The translations under genes and the position numbers were made by a program. The notes below the pieces were generated by a model. It had not been told where the DNA came from. It made no database searches and worked only from the letters and a program-made list of their open reading frames with translations. Below are positions 12,090-24,368 of a DNA stretch of 64,000 bases, piece after piece. The first letter of the stretch is position 1, and the number at the start of each line of letters is the position of its first letter. The DNA is from Auanema rhodensis (lineage: Eukaryota > Animalia > Nematoda), in assembly GCA_964057225.1 (NCBI GenBank), contig OZ059894.1:14074001-14138000 (forward strand), read 5' to 3'.

Positions 12090-13081
12090 TTAGAAGCCAG
12101 CATCAGCCATTTGTTGAAACAAATCAGCATCCGGATGGTCTTGTAAAGTATTCTTCTCAATCTTAACAGTATTTTTCATTTTCTTGAGAAGACGTCTGGG
12201 AATTCCATTCAACATTGTATTTTCGACAACCTAAAATACTTTCAATTATTAAGAAAATAGAAATTAGCCAAAATTTGAACTTTAAAGTGTTTTCTACTGA
12301 TGCTTACCTCTTGATATGTTCCTTTATTACACAATGGACTAGAGCAGACACAGAGAAGAGATGGCTAGAATTATATTATTTTAATAAATAACTGTATTAT
12401 TGATATTTATATATATATATAGTGAGTATTTTGAATGTCTTACTTCTGTAGGGGATGGAGCTGGAGGAGAATCAGCACGTTTAGCACGAATGTGATTAGA
12501 TGGAGGTGACACATTAGACTATAAATGTTTGCTATTATGCTCGATACTTTAGTTAAGTTCAATTGCAGAATTATGTAATTAATGTCAATTTACCATGTCA
12601 ATATTTTGGCAGATACTTGATCCTGGGAAAAACATCAAGTATTGATACAATGGAGTTGTTGGTTGGGTACAGAATTTACGAACTATGAGCTTTCCTTTTT
12701 GTTGTGTTACCATCATTGAACATGAGTCTACACCGGATGGGCATATTGTTTTCTACAAAAATAAAAAATAATTTCAAATATTTAAAAATTCCTTCAATTT
12801 ATTTTTTTTATTATGTTTATAATACTTGGAAGACTTAATAAATGGCAGAAAAAGAGGCCAATAACCGATAAGGTGCTATTCTGTGTCTTTAAAATATTTT
12901 CGTAGAAAATGACAAAGAAAAACATTGAAAGAGACTTTGAACTATTTTCAATAAACAATTCGAAATGGTCTACCTTCTCACGACATTCACTGTTTCTTGA
13001 GCGTTCATTACAAGTATAACATTCGAAAGCTGTAGCCGCAGCCAAAACGAAGCCTAAGAAGAAAATCAAATGCTTGTTCAT
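12090..13081 (-). CDS. Secreted Ly6/uPAR-like three-finger (LU-fold) protein, 5 exons
   Basis: Signal peptide MNKHLIFFLGFVLAAATA, then FECYTC; 10 Cys ending in CVCSSPLCN; all exons join in phase 0; hydrophilic C-terminus ...QQMADAGF*. Confidence 0.8.
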
Positions 13082-16000
13082 TATCTGCAAGAAAATCTTT
13101 ATAGCTATATATTGGAATATGGTAATTGTCAAAAGTTATTGTATGAAGAGTTTTTCAATAGCAATATAAGAAACAGATGAAATGTGTGCTGGTATTAGTT
13201 AAAAAGGCTGTTTCTAACAATAGCTGTCTACGCCATCGTCGTTGCCGCCATCATCGTCGTCGGTGTAGTAGCGGCGTGGTCGACCACAAATGACAACGAA
13301 AGAATTAGTTATACAGAATTCTGAGAAGAAATGAAACTAGAATGAAGATGTACATCTATCACAGCAAACATAAACTTGGTGACAATATCATAAAGCAATA
13401 CAGCACCATTTCTTTTTAGTTATACTTCATATACATGTATGCAGTATGTGAGCATTTAAAGACAAACTAATTACTTTAAATGACCCTTTAGTATTATTCT
13501 TATAGTTAAGTTGTATAATAATTAAACAAAATGTTTTTAATGATAGTATTGAAAAGAACAAAACCATTGAATCTTAACTTTCTCCTTCATTTTGCATCAG
13601 ATATTCATCCGAATAATATTATTTTAAAGCTATACATTAATGTATAATATATTCCATATAAATATAAAAAAATAGAATAACATAAAGAAATTATATGTGA
13701 AAGATGAATTGTTATAAAATAAAAGTGACAAGTATTAAATCGTATGGTTCAAAGAAAATAAAGGAGAGAAAGATTGTTTTAATTTAATAGAACTCATGTA
13801 ATGAAAAATATATTCAAAAAGAATGAGAATTTGGATGAAATCAATGTCTAAACAGTTGATCTTACTTTATGTTTAATTGAAAATTAAATTTACAATATTG
13901 TAAATTGAATAAACATAAAAAGGAAATAAAATCCTGAATACGTGATTCACAGTCGTGGAATGTTAAAGTAACACATTTTTATGAATAAAGAAGAAAAGAA
14001 GAAGAAGAAGAAGAAGAAAAAGACTGAATACAGATCACATTCTCTCACATTTATATTTGATCATTTTATCTCGTTTATCTAATACAATCCTAGTCTATTT
14101 AAAATTATTTGTCTGATTGTCTAACATCGAAATATTTCTCTGACCTTCTGTTCTTCTACAATTTTCTTGTCCATAAACATTAGGCAATAAAGCTTCAAAT
14201 AGGCTTGTTTTATTAACATCTTAGTAGTAGTAATAAGCATTTAGAAAAAAACTTGATGGTTTTCTTCTATCTAGCTTATGTTTGCTGTTTGAAAGATGTT
14301 CATGCAGTACAAACTAATCTTGAAAAGTAAGAACTAACTTAAAATGATGAAAATCTGTTTGCACTTTTGGAATAAAAAATGAGTCAATGTATACTTATAG
14401 GTAAAATAAAGATAATTGTTCTTTTTATTACCTTGTTTTTCTGTTTATTATGCTCAATTCAATAAGAAAGAAGCTCTAACTTAATGCTAGTTCAGAGAGT
14501 TAAAGTTAAATCTCCAATAAAATTGAAAATTATAAGTTTTGAAATTTCAAAACAAATATTTAAACTCGTGAACAAAACAATTTTAAAAATACAGGAGAGC
14601 AATAACATATACAGGTCTATTGTGATTACTGTCCATGGTTAAGTTCTTCAAGGATTTTTTTTAGGTCAACATGTCTGAACTCCTAGCCTCAGAAGAAGAA
14701 GGATGGCGTACGCCAGATGGAGTTTAATGGATGGACGAAATACAAACGTGTTTGACCTAGCATGGCAAAGAAAAATTGTCGAGAAAACATGTTAAACCCT
14801 TTCATGTATTTATTCATTAAATAAGTTTTAAAATTTTTACGAGAAAAAACGTTTTGTTGAAGGAAAACAAACAACTTGGCATAAATAAAAAATATTGAAA
14901 ATGTCGAGTTTACTTTCAAAATGAAATTGTTCTGGTAGGGGCCAAGTGAAATTATAAATAACGGTATGGCAAAGTTGTCAGAAAGCTTTAACGTCCAAGA
15001 CGAAGCTAGAAATCATGATGATGATCATCATGGAAGTGACAACTGGTTGTGGTTGAAAATGGGCAACATGCATACATATACAGTACAAGAGAAAAGGCAG
15101 TTAAGACAAAAATGAGCTGAAAATGGACAAACAAGTACATTGAAAGATGTTTTTAAAAATTTAATGAAAATTGTAGTAAAATAGTTAAGATTAGATAATA
15201 ACAAGTTGCTCATTTGAACTTTCAAAAGTTATATTTTCAATTTTTTTACTGTTTCCGTACTAAAATCAGTTAAAGATTCACAAATTACAAAGTACAAATT
15301 TTGAAATATATGCTTCAATGTGTAAGACTTTATGTAATATTCTGTTTAAATACTTATTCAACTTCAACACAACATTCTCCGAATTGAGTCTGTTTCGGAA
15401 CTATGCTTCTCGATCTACTACGTTCGCTTTAAGAAGTTTTCACAGAAGTTCCTTTCTATAACAACTACAAATCACTTTTTTTCTACAGTTTAATCAAAAT
15501 TTAATAAACAATTCTAATTGGTAGGTAGTTATTCTTTGAAGAGAAATTGATCATAGAACGATAAAAGGAAACTTGAAAAAAAATGAAAACGAGTGAGAAG
15601 ATAACTAAATGAGACAAAATGCGGAAAGTCCACATAAAACGATAAAATCATTCATCTTCATTTCTTTGGCTTCGATTCGTTGAAGGTGAGTGATGTCCAG
15701 GGAGGGTACGACGACAACGAAGACGACTGAATGTCCGGAAGAACAGAGGGCGATGGTGACACAGTTTCAGCGAAAACAGAATTGACGAGGTGAAACTGAA
15801 ACGTGAAAATGATTGATGGATTGGTCAGCTATTCTTGCTTGAAGTGCTTGTGAAATCAACCTTTTGCAACAAGCTTGCAAACAAAAATTAGTAAAAGTGT
15901 GTTTATATTGTTTTCTGCAACTTTTTTACAATTTTTCAGCAGGTATTACTTTAGGAAGAATTGAATTACTATGTCAACCTAAAGAAACAGAGTAGTTCTA

Positions 16001-16738
16001 AACATTATATACATGAAGCTCCAAATTTAAATTTGAAGCTGCGTTGTATTCTTAGAACATGATTTATTACCATTATTAAAAGGTTGGCATGTGTTTTATC
16101 TTTTATTTTTAAAACAAAATAATTACAAATCTGAAATGTATGAACTATTTGTTATAAGCTATATTAAGTAATATATATAATATATAGATATATAGAGGCA
16201 TCGTATAACGAAGATTTATAAATTCTATGATTGACTCATAATTTTATCGAATTAACCTTCATAATAATACAATTCGGCATATGTCCTCATGCTTCAGCTC
16301 ACTAGTCAAAGATCATACAAATTATAGAGAAGCTTTTGCTTGTCGACAATGGCTATGCCAGGAACAAAGTAGAGTATGAACTAAAGAAGCAGAGAACAAA
16401 GATAGATAAAAGAAATTATATAGAGAGCTAGAAAAGAAAAAGAGAAGTGACGAACGAGAAGGAGAGTTCTAATGAGATATCTAATATTGGATGGCACTTA
16501 CTCAGAGTCAGTTGAATCTAAATCTTGACAATGATGCCTTTAAGTTATAGTTTTACACACAAATTTTCTATTTGAAAATTATTAATATAAGTACATATTT
16601 ATTTTAAAAATGCCTTTGTAAACGTTACCCTCTTTGAAAATATTGAAATTATGAATATTCGGGAAAATATTAGTTTGAACGTTTTCACGTAATCCGAGAA
16701 AAATAGATTTTTTCAAGAAATGTTTAAATAAACCGGTG

Positions 16739-17888
16739 ATGCTCATATTCATTTTACTATGTGTTACTCTACACGTTTCAACATATTCTCAAGTTTATTC
16801 AATAAAACACATTAATTATTGCGATTTTATTGAATCAAGTCCTTTAACACTTATTAGAAATAAGAATATTATCTTGCAATATGACCATAATTTATCCAGC
16901 ATATATGAAAAAACTATTGTTGAAATTATGAAATGTCTGGCAGTTTTGTCTTCTGCTAATCTAACCACAACTCGATTCGGTTTGTCGAGTTATATGCTAA
17001 CTTGGATTCTTTTTTTCTTATAATTACTAGTTTTATTCAGGAAGCGCTCAATCTTTTGGAGAGCAGAACGATACAGTCATTATTCAAATAATGAATAATA
17101 TAACAACAGATCTCATTAATGAAGCCAAACTAAACATGTGTGAGTTCATGAAAGATTCCTAAGATAGTTGTTCGACAATTTTTTCTAAATTTAAGCTACG
17201 ACACCTATCCTGGAGTTTGAAACATCTGAAGAGATCTTGCGATGGCGCCATCATCGAGTGGAGTTTGACATTACCAAGCATAATTTGCTGGGTTTGTGTT
17301 TTATTATACAATTATTATTCAATTTGTAATTTCAGATTTGTTTACATTCATTCTGAATAATGGATTTCATACCAATGTTACATCACTCAGTGTTGCTGAA
17401 AAGTATAAGGTCTTCCAAAAAGCTGAATCAATGGAGAGGTAATAAATATTCAGAAATAGAAAAATTAAATATTACTGTCTTAAATTAGATTAACCATTAT
17501 TATACATGTAATGGTTATTCTTTTCTTCATACTTCTCTTTACTCTTATAATTCTTTACATCTGTCACTTTACTATGTATTTGGCTCAGCATATTCTTGAA
17601 GGTGAAATTTTCTCTAATATTTTTTGAATGTAATCAATCTCAATTTTAAGACTTCTTATTCCAAGAAGCTTTATTGGCTGGACTTCTTGAAAACATGGAG
17701 AACAGTGATTATGCACAAGCCAGATCAGTTCATTTTTTGAGTAATTATTAAAATAACACTTATTACTCTTGCAGGCTTACTCCTTATCCAGTAAAGTTGC
17801 TCCGCAAAAGGTAATGGAACAAGAAGTCACAGTAAGCAGTGAAATTTTGCAGATGCCTAATCCCGACAACATACAAACATATGCCTGA
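16739..17888 (+). CDS. Uncharacterised single-pass (type I) membrane protein, multi-exon
   Basis: Signal peptide MLIFILLCVTLHVSTYS; phase-consistent internal exons; N-glycosylation sequons (NLT, NDT, NIT, NVT); TM segment IIIHVMVILFFILLFTLIILYIC; cytosolic tail ending ...NIQTYA* (TGA 17886-17888). The first intron boundary is not fully resolved. Confidence 0.7.
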
Positions 17889-18285
17889 GCCAACATTGAT
17901 TGGTTATTTGTGTTGAATACACTTTATATTCCAAATTAACTATAAAAATAACTATTAGTTGCAAGCGAATTATTATGTTATACTTCCAACACAAATAACC
18001 AGTTGCAACTGTGAAGTGAACAGCCGCTTCAGTTTCTGTGAAGTCTAATAATACTTTGTAGTTTTGGTCCCGAAACGATCGCATTGGCATTAGTCCAAAA
18101 CTCGTTATATTTGAATAATATACTGAAATAAGTTGTAACATGTATAATATTTTACAATGAAGTTTATTATTTATGTTTTTTTTTAATTTGTTGATTAGGT
18201 TAATTTTCAAGAAAAAAAAATGCCAGTGAAAACGGAATTTATTTAAATTTTTTTTTTTTACTTCATAATTATTGGTTGGTTTTAG

Positions 18286-18790
18286 ATGGCTTCTACTAAG
18301 AAAAGAATTGATGGCGATTTTGGATTTGCTGGATCTGTACGTTTAAACTTTTTGGTGTAGTTATATCAAATCAACTTCTTAGGTTTCCAAAGCTTTACAA
18401 CCAGCGTCGGATTGGTCGAATAAGGATGATCTTTTGGATGTTGTCTATTGGGGAAAACAGGTCAGTATGCAAATTCATTGTGAAAATAGTTTAGAATTTA
18501 TAGATATTAGCCTTAGTAGTTGGAGTTCTTTTTGGTTTTGTTCCTCTTACTGGTATTTTCGCTATAGGATTTTATGTTGTTATTTCTACGATGGTCGCCC
18601 AACATTTTGTAGTGCAATATCAAAAGGTAAAAGGTGCAATGTCAAAGAGTGAAATTAACAAAATAATTAGGTGGATGAAGACGATGTGGGAGGATTTTGG
18701 GAATTGGCCAAAGAAGGATTTGGAGCTGCTTTCGCGACTTTTATGGTATCGTGGATTACGGTGTATTCCTCGGTTCATCATAGCTCTTGA
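18286..18790 (+). CDS. RAB5IF: RAB5IF/OPTI (C20orf24-like, EMC6-family) ER membrane protein
   Basis: 4 exons: ...WSNKDDLLDVVYWGKQILALVVGVLFGFVPLTG...VDEDDVGGFWELAKEGFGAAFATFMVSWITVYS, matching the family signature. Confidence 0.9.
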
Positions 18791-19050
18791 GTTTGATAAG
18801 AAATATTTTACCTCGTTTGTATTACCTAGGTTCGTAGCATTTTGTGCTCAATTTTTATCATTAAAGGTTGCGAATACTTGCAAACTGTGATTTTTTTATC
18901 AATGTGAACTTGTGAAAGACTATTTAAATAATTTATTGAAGATTCTATGTGTTGATTTTGTATATCATAAGGTATTGATCCTCAGTATACTGGGTATACA
19001 CGTTTTTGTAACATCCCTAAATATACAGCTTGATTATGTTTATTTACAGA

Positions 19051-20971
19051 ATGATCTCCTTATTACTATTATGCATAATAGTTGGAGAAGCCTTTTCTAA
19101 CCCTAGTAAGCTTCAATAAGTGCGAAATTTCCTCTAAAACAAATTTACAGGAATAGCAGTTGTTATTTTATCTCAAAAATCTGAAGTGCATAATAAATTA
19201 GCTTTAGATTTGGAAAAAAGTATATTAGCTCAAAGTAAACGTGTAGAGGTTAAAAAATTCTGTGAATGTTGTTATGTTAAAATTTAAGGTTGTTAATACA
19301 GTTAGAGACTTTCCTGATTGTTTAGGATCTTGGTCTATTTTTCCAATACTAGAAAGGTTATAATGACATGTTACATTTGATACAGATTTAACTCCTTTTA
19401 GTATATTTGAAAAACATAAAACAGATTGGTATCTTTTCGTAGAACCAGAGACTGAAATTAATTTAGCCGGGATGGCCACCTATATAGCTGCTGAAGATGC
19501 AACAATACCTTCATATTTTGGTTTTGCACTTCAAGATTCTATGTTAGATTTAATTTTCCTTTTTACATATTTGTACATATTCAGACCAACGATTATTCAT
19601 CATTTTCATGGTTTTGATAAAGAAAATGTTGCACAATTATTATACCCCGATTGGTCAGCTGGAATGCTAGTTTCCAATAGTTTAATGAATAAGTTCATTC
19701 AATATTTATTTTAGTTTTATTTTCTGTTGTCTTTAAGAATAATAGAAACGATGAAAGAGAATAAGTTTTTCAATAATTTTGCCATTGACCCACGACATGA
19801 GGTAGCAATATTCATTTATACTAGATCGTACAACTGATCTTTCCAGTTCGCTCGTTTCATTGAAGATAACTTAAATGTAAGGCTTCAAGCTAGAAATAAA
19901 ATTTTCTGTTTGTTTGAATCATCTACATGTGTCTCCCAATATAAAGTTGAGTTCAGTCTTAAAGATTTAAACGTTTTCTGTATTTAGGCTTTTTCCAACA
20001 GCAATAACATCTGTTCCAATACTATCACAGACAACACATTTTATGTAGCAGTAAAAACGTTTAGTGATTATCATAGAACAAGATGTAAGTATCTTTAGTT
20101 TTTTCGGAAACAAAGTTTTTATATAGTGGTTGTTGCGAAGCGAACATGGGCCAATACAGTATTGCATTTGGAATATATAAGTGATATTGAAGATCAATTT
20201 GTTCCAACCATAACATTAGGTATAGATAATACTGAAAGAGGTTAGATATGTGAAAGTTCTTTGTTTTCTATAATTTTCTAGGACATTGCGCCAAAACTTT
20301 TGCAATTCTGAAGCATTTTGCACACAAAGAAAAACAGAATAAGTTTGATTGGCTTGTTATTGCTGACGATGACACTCTTTTGAGTATCAGTAGACTTAAA
20401 AAATTACTACAATGCTTTGATTCTAACGAGACATTAATCATTGGAGAAAGATATGGTTATGGATTCAATCACGATGGTACATCAGGATATGATTATCCAA
20501 CCGGTGGCTCAGGGTTATTACTTAGCCAATTTATATGCTAATTTATATTATCTTCAGTATGGTGTTTTCACGACCAGCAGTTCACAAAATTTTGAAACGG
20601 TGTACTTGTCCACAACCAGACTCTCCCGATGATATGATTCTTGGTAAATATATTATATTAAATTTAACTCAGTTTTAAAACAATTTCTTGCATGCGAAGT
20701 TATTTTTGCTAATTGTATTTACAGGTATGTGTGCATCAGCTTACGACATTCCCATAATTCATAGTCCTGCTTTCCATCAAGCCAGATATATGGATTATGC
20801 TTCTGAATATATTAAGTAAAACACACCTTTCTATTTTCATTACGTAGATTATTTAGAAAGATCAATCCTATATCTTTCCATAAATTAGAGGATATTGATC
20901 CTTATGCAGACTACGTTACCTATCTTAAAGAAGAAGATGTAAATCACGAGTATCGGCATACGGAGTTATAA
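19051..20971 (+). CDS. B3GLCT: Beta-1,3-glucosyltransferase (fringe-like GT31, B3GLCT ortholog)
   Basis: Signal peptide; [60 protein letters not shown]; C-terminal ER-retrieval-like HTEL*. Confidence 0.92.
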
Positions 20972-21148
20972 TTCTTTTATAATTTTTACTGTAAATTATG
21001 TTTCTAGTCTTTCTTATCCAGAATAATATTCGTGAAACCATAAATACTTTTATATATTTGCAATTGAAAGTGATAATTTGTTCATATCTATAAATACATG
21101 ATAGATATTTGGTTTTTTCGTACTTTTTTTGTTTAAGAAATTCATGTA

Positions 21149-23461
21149 ATGAATGAACTAGATAGTCCTAGTACACCAACACCTCCTAACTCTGCCGGTA
21201 CAACAGTTTCCACTTTCTATATCACGCTCTTCTTGCAGGTGATGAAGAAGGAGATGAAGCTCAGCAAAACCATAATGATATGGTTAATTTGGGTAAATGG
21301 AATGCAGTTGTTAATGCATTAAAGAAGCTATCCTGTACAGTCTTGCTTGGCAATCAGTTGCGCCAAATTACGAACGGGCTTAGAACTGTCAGTTTTGCTA
21401 TTTTAAACATTGCTAACTAATATTGTAGAAGTCTAAATGTTCCGTTGAAGGATGTCAAACTGTTTCACCGCCTCTATTTCTGGCTCGGTTACCAACTAGC
21501 TTTGAATTAGCTTTTCATTGTATAGCTTCATCTTATGTATATTTTGTTTGTCATGTTCTACTGATTAATTAGTAATTCAGAGTACAATAGTTGTTCAAAA
21601 TAGAGTAATGACTAAATTATTTAACAAAGCTGTTCTAACACGGACCTTTGTTAGTAGGTTCAATTCACAATTTTACTATTGTTTTTGATTTTTTGAAGAT
21701 AACCAACGTGATTTTCGGGAAATTCCATCGGCTGTAGTTGATAGCTTCCCCTTTTTGATGTGTCAAAGACATTTCAAGCAATCTCCCGAGTATTATGATG
21801 ATTTTTTAAATAATGGTCAGGCAAAACCCCTACTTTTATATTTTCTTCCGCGACAACCAGTGGTATGTTTTTAGTAATATATAAGCTTATAATTTATCTT
21901 TATCAGCTTAACAGTGGTGATCGTGGTCATGTTCGCCAAAGAGCTTATCTTCTGAACAAACTAAAACTAATAAATTCTAAGATATTGCCTGACATTGGAG
22001 CAGGCTAGTTATCTATATCTTTGACTTATGCTTTGAAAATATTTCAGATGAATGGTTAACCCAATCTAAAACTAAGACTCCCTCTAAGTTTTGTGCTATT
22101 GAAGGTTTGGAATTTTAAGCTATATCAGCATTAAGTAATATGCATATTAGATTGTTCGGCACATGATCCATTAGTTGCAATTAATTATAAAATGTTGATG
22201 GTTCCTCAAGCATGGTAAAAACTAAACACGGTAACGTACTGAATTTGAAATTCAGGCAACAATTCAACAAGTGGGAGCGTGCAGTTTGGTTTGGCCTTCA
22301 GAGAAATTACAGTTTACCCTCTCATGGATTTTTGTGTAGTCAACATTTCACCGAAGTCTCAAAACGGCCAGTGCAACAGGAAGTATGAAAATAATCAAAT
22401 CACAAGCCTTAAACAATGGTTCTAGGCTCCGATCTTATTTCATAGCGTTGCTCCGTCCGCAAAATCTGTTCTTAAACCTGTATAATTTACTAATGACGAT
22501 CGAAATGTTAGTTTCTAATTTAGATGTGCGTTATACCGTCTTGTAAAAATCATTCAAAAACTACTGATGATATATTATTTCTTCCCTTTCCTAGTAAGAG
22601 TTTAATTTACCTTCTTTCTTAATAGACTTACTCAGGTTCTCCTACTGATCGCAACCAATGGGTAATTGAAATTCGTAAGCATCATCCAAGCTTTATCTTA
22701 AGTCCCAAAAAACGGGTTGAATGGTTGTGTGGATTGCATTTTGTAGTATGAGCTTTTCAGAATATAAAATATTCTAATGTTTCAGACTGATCTCTCAAAT
22801 TTGGAAATGGCGATGCCTTCAGTTAATTTAGGTAGCGGTCAAGTCGAGCAATTGTCGATTGCCTCTTCTGGACCGAGTTCGCAAGACGCTTTACGGCCTC
22901 CAGGTATTTATCATTGAGATATATCTGTTGCATTTTTTTTTTAGCAAAACAGGAGAAAATTACTGCTGTTAAGCGGAAATGTTGTTTTGAAACAGTCCTA
23001 ATTTTCAATAAGCTTGCCAAGCTTCAAGAAAAATCTTCATTAGTATATAAATTATTAGAAAAACTATATATCATATACGGGTTGACAGTATGACACCTTT
23101 TTTATTGCTTATTTCATGATAATTATTTTTTTAGCCTCCTTTGGAAGAAACATACGATATAAAAAAGGATAATATCCTTATGTACGGGGAATTTGGAGGC
23201 GATGAAATTGTTTCTTCGATAGCAACTGCACTCAATGAAATGGAATCATCGTTAATTGATAATAAGCATGAAGTAAATCAAATGGTTTATCTTGCATGTT
23301 TTGTACTTTATCATATTTTTCTTATTCAGAACGAAAAAATCAAGGAATACTCTCACAATACCAGTAGTTCATTTGTTAGTTTTATTCATTTTTAGGCTGT
23401 TTTTAGAGATTTTTTTCAGACATTGGCTGATGCACTTGCTGATATAATGGCTCAGAAATAA
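21149..23461 (+). CDS. Multi-THAP (C2CH zinc finger) protein with three THAP-like domains
   Basis: CSVEGC...LMCQRHF; CAIEDC...KWERAV...LCSQHF; CVIPSC...FLPFP...QWV...LCGLHF. About 16 exons including one GC-AG intron (donor 22004). Stop TAA 23459-23461. Confidence 0.75.
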
Positions 23462-23582
23462 TATTTTAATTAGCAAATAAATTTTTTTCTTATTTTCTGA
23501 AATTTATTTTTTGATAAATTGTATTTTGAACAATATATCTGAAACTTTGTTATTTTTCTTTTATTTAAAATCATTTTTAGAG

Positions 23583-24279
23583 ATGACAGCTTTTGTTACT
23601 GTAGGAACTACAAAGTTTGTAGAACTCATTGAATATGTGGGTTTGAATAATAATTGAGTTCATTACATTCATTATTTCATAAGGCTACTTCAAAGGAATG
23701 TATAGATGCGCTGAGTCGTCAAGGAGTTAAAGAACTTGTATTACAATATGGATCTGGAACCTGTCAGGCTTTAAATTTAGATGAGAACTCTAACAACGGA
23801 AAAAAAATAGTAAAATCTTTTTCATTCTTTTTTTAAAATTTTTTTTATAGCTTCACGGAATGTCTGTGGAGTATTTCAGATATGAAGATAACATAAACAA
23901 ACGGATGGAAAAAGCTATGGTAATTCTATATAATAATACTTGGAAGTTCCGACTTTTATAGATAATCATTGGACACGCGGGGGCTGGAACAATTCTAGAG
24001 GCTTTAAAACTACAGAAACCATTCATAGCAGTGATCAACGATAATTTAATGGATAACCATCAAGTCTTTTACCTCTGGCATAGTTTCATTTACCTTAAAT
24101 TGCAGATGGAACTAGCAGGAGCTATGGCTGAAAGAAATCACTTGATATGCTGCAATCCCTCACAATTAGCCATGACCCTAAGCAAGCCAGATATTTTTAC
24201 TATGAAGCCTTATAAGGCTATAGATCAAAAGAATGTTTCAAACTATATCAATGGGAAAATGGGATTATTAACACAGTAA
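23583..24279 (+). CDS. ALG13: UDP-GlcNAc transferase subunit ALG13
   Basis: [45 protein letters not shown]: GT28 C-terminal/ALG13 motifs. Confidence 0.95.
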
Positions 24280-24368
24280 CATCATGACATAAACTTTATA
24301 AAATATTTATATCACATATTCTTTTAAAACATTTACAAAAAAAGATATGGTTTAAATAATTTCAACAA

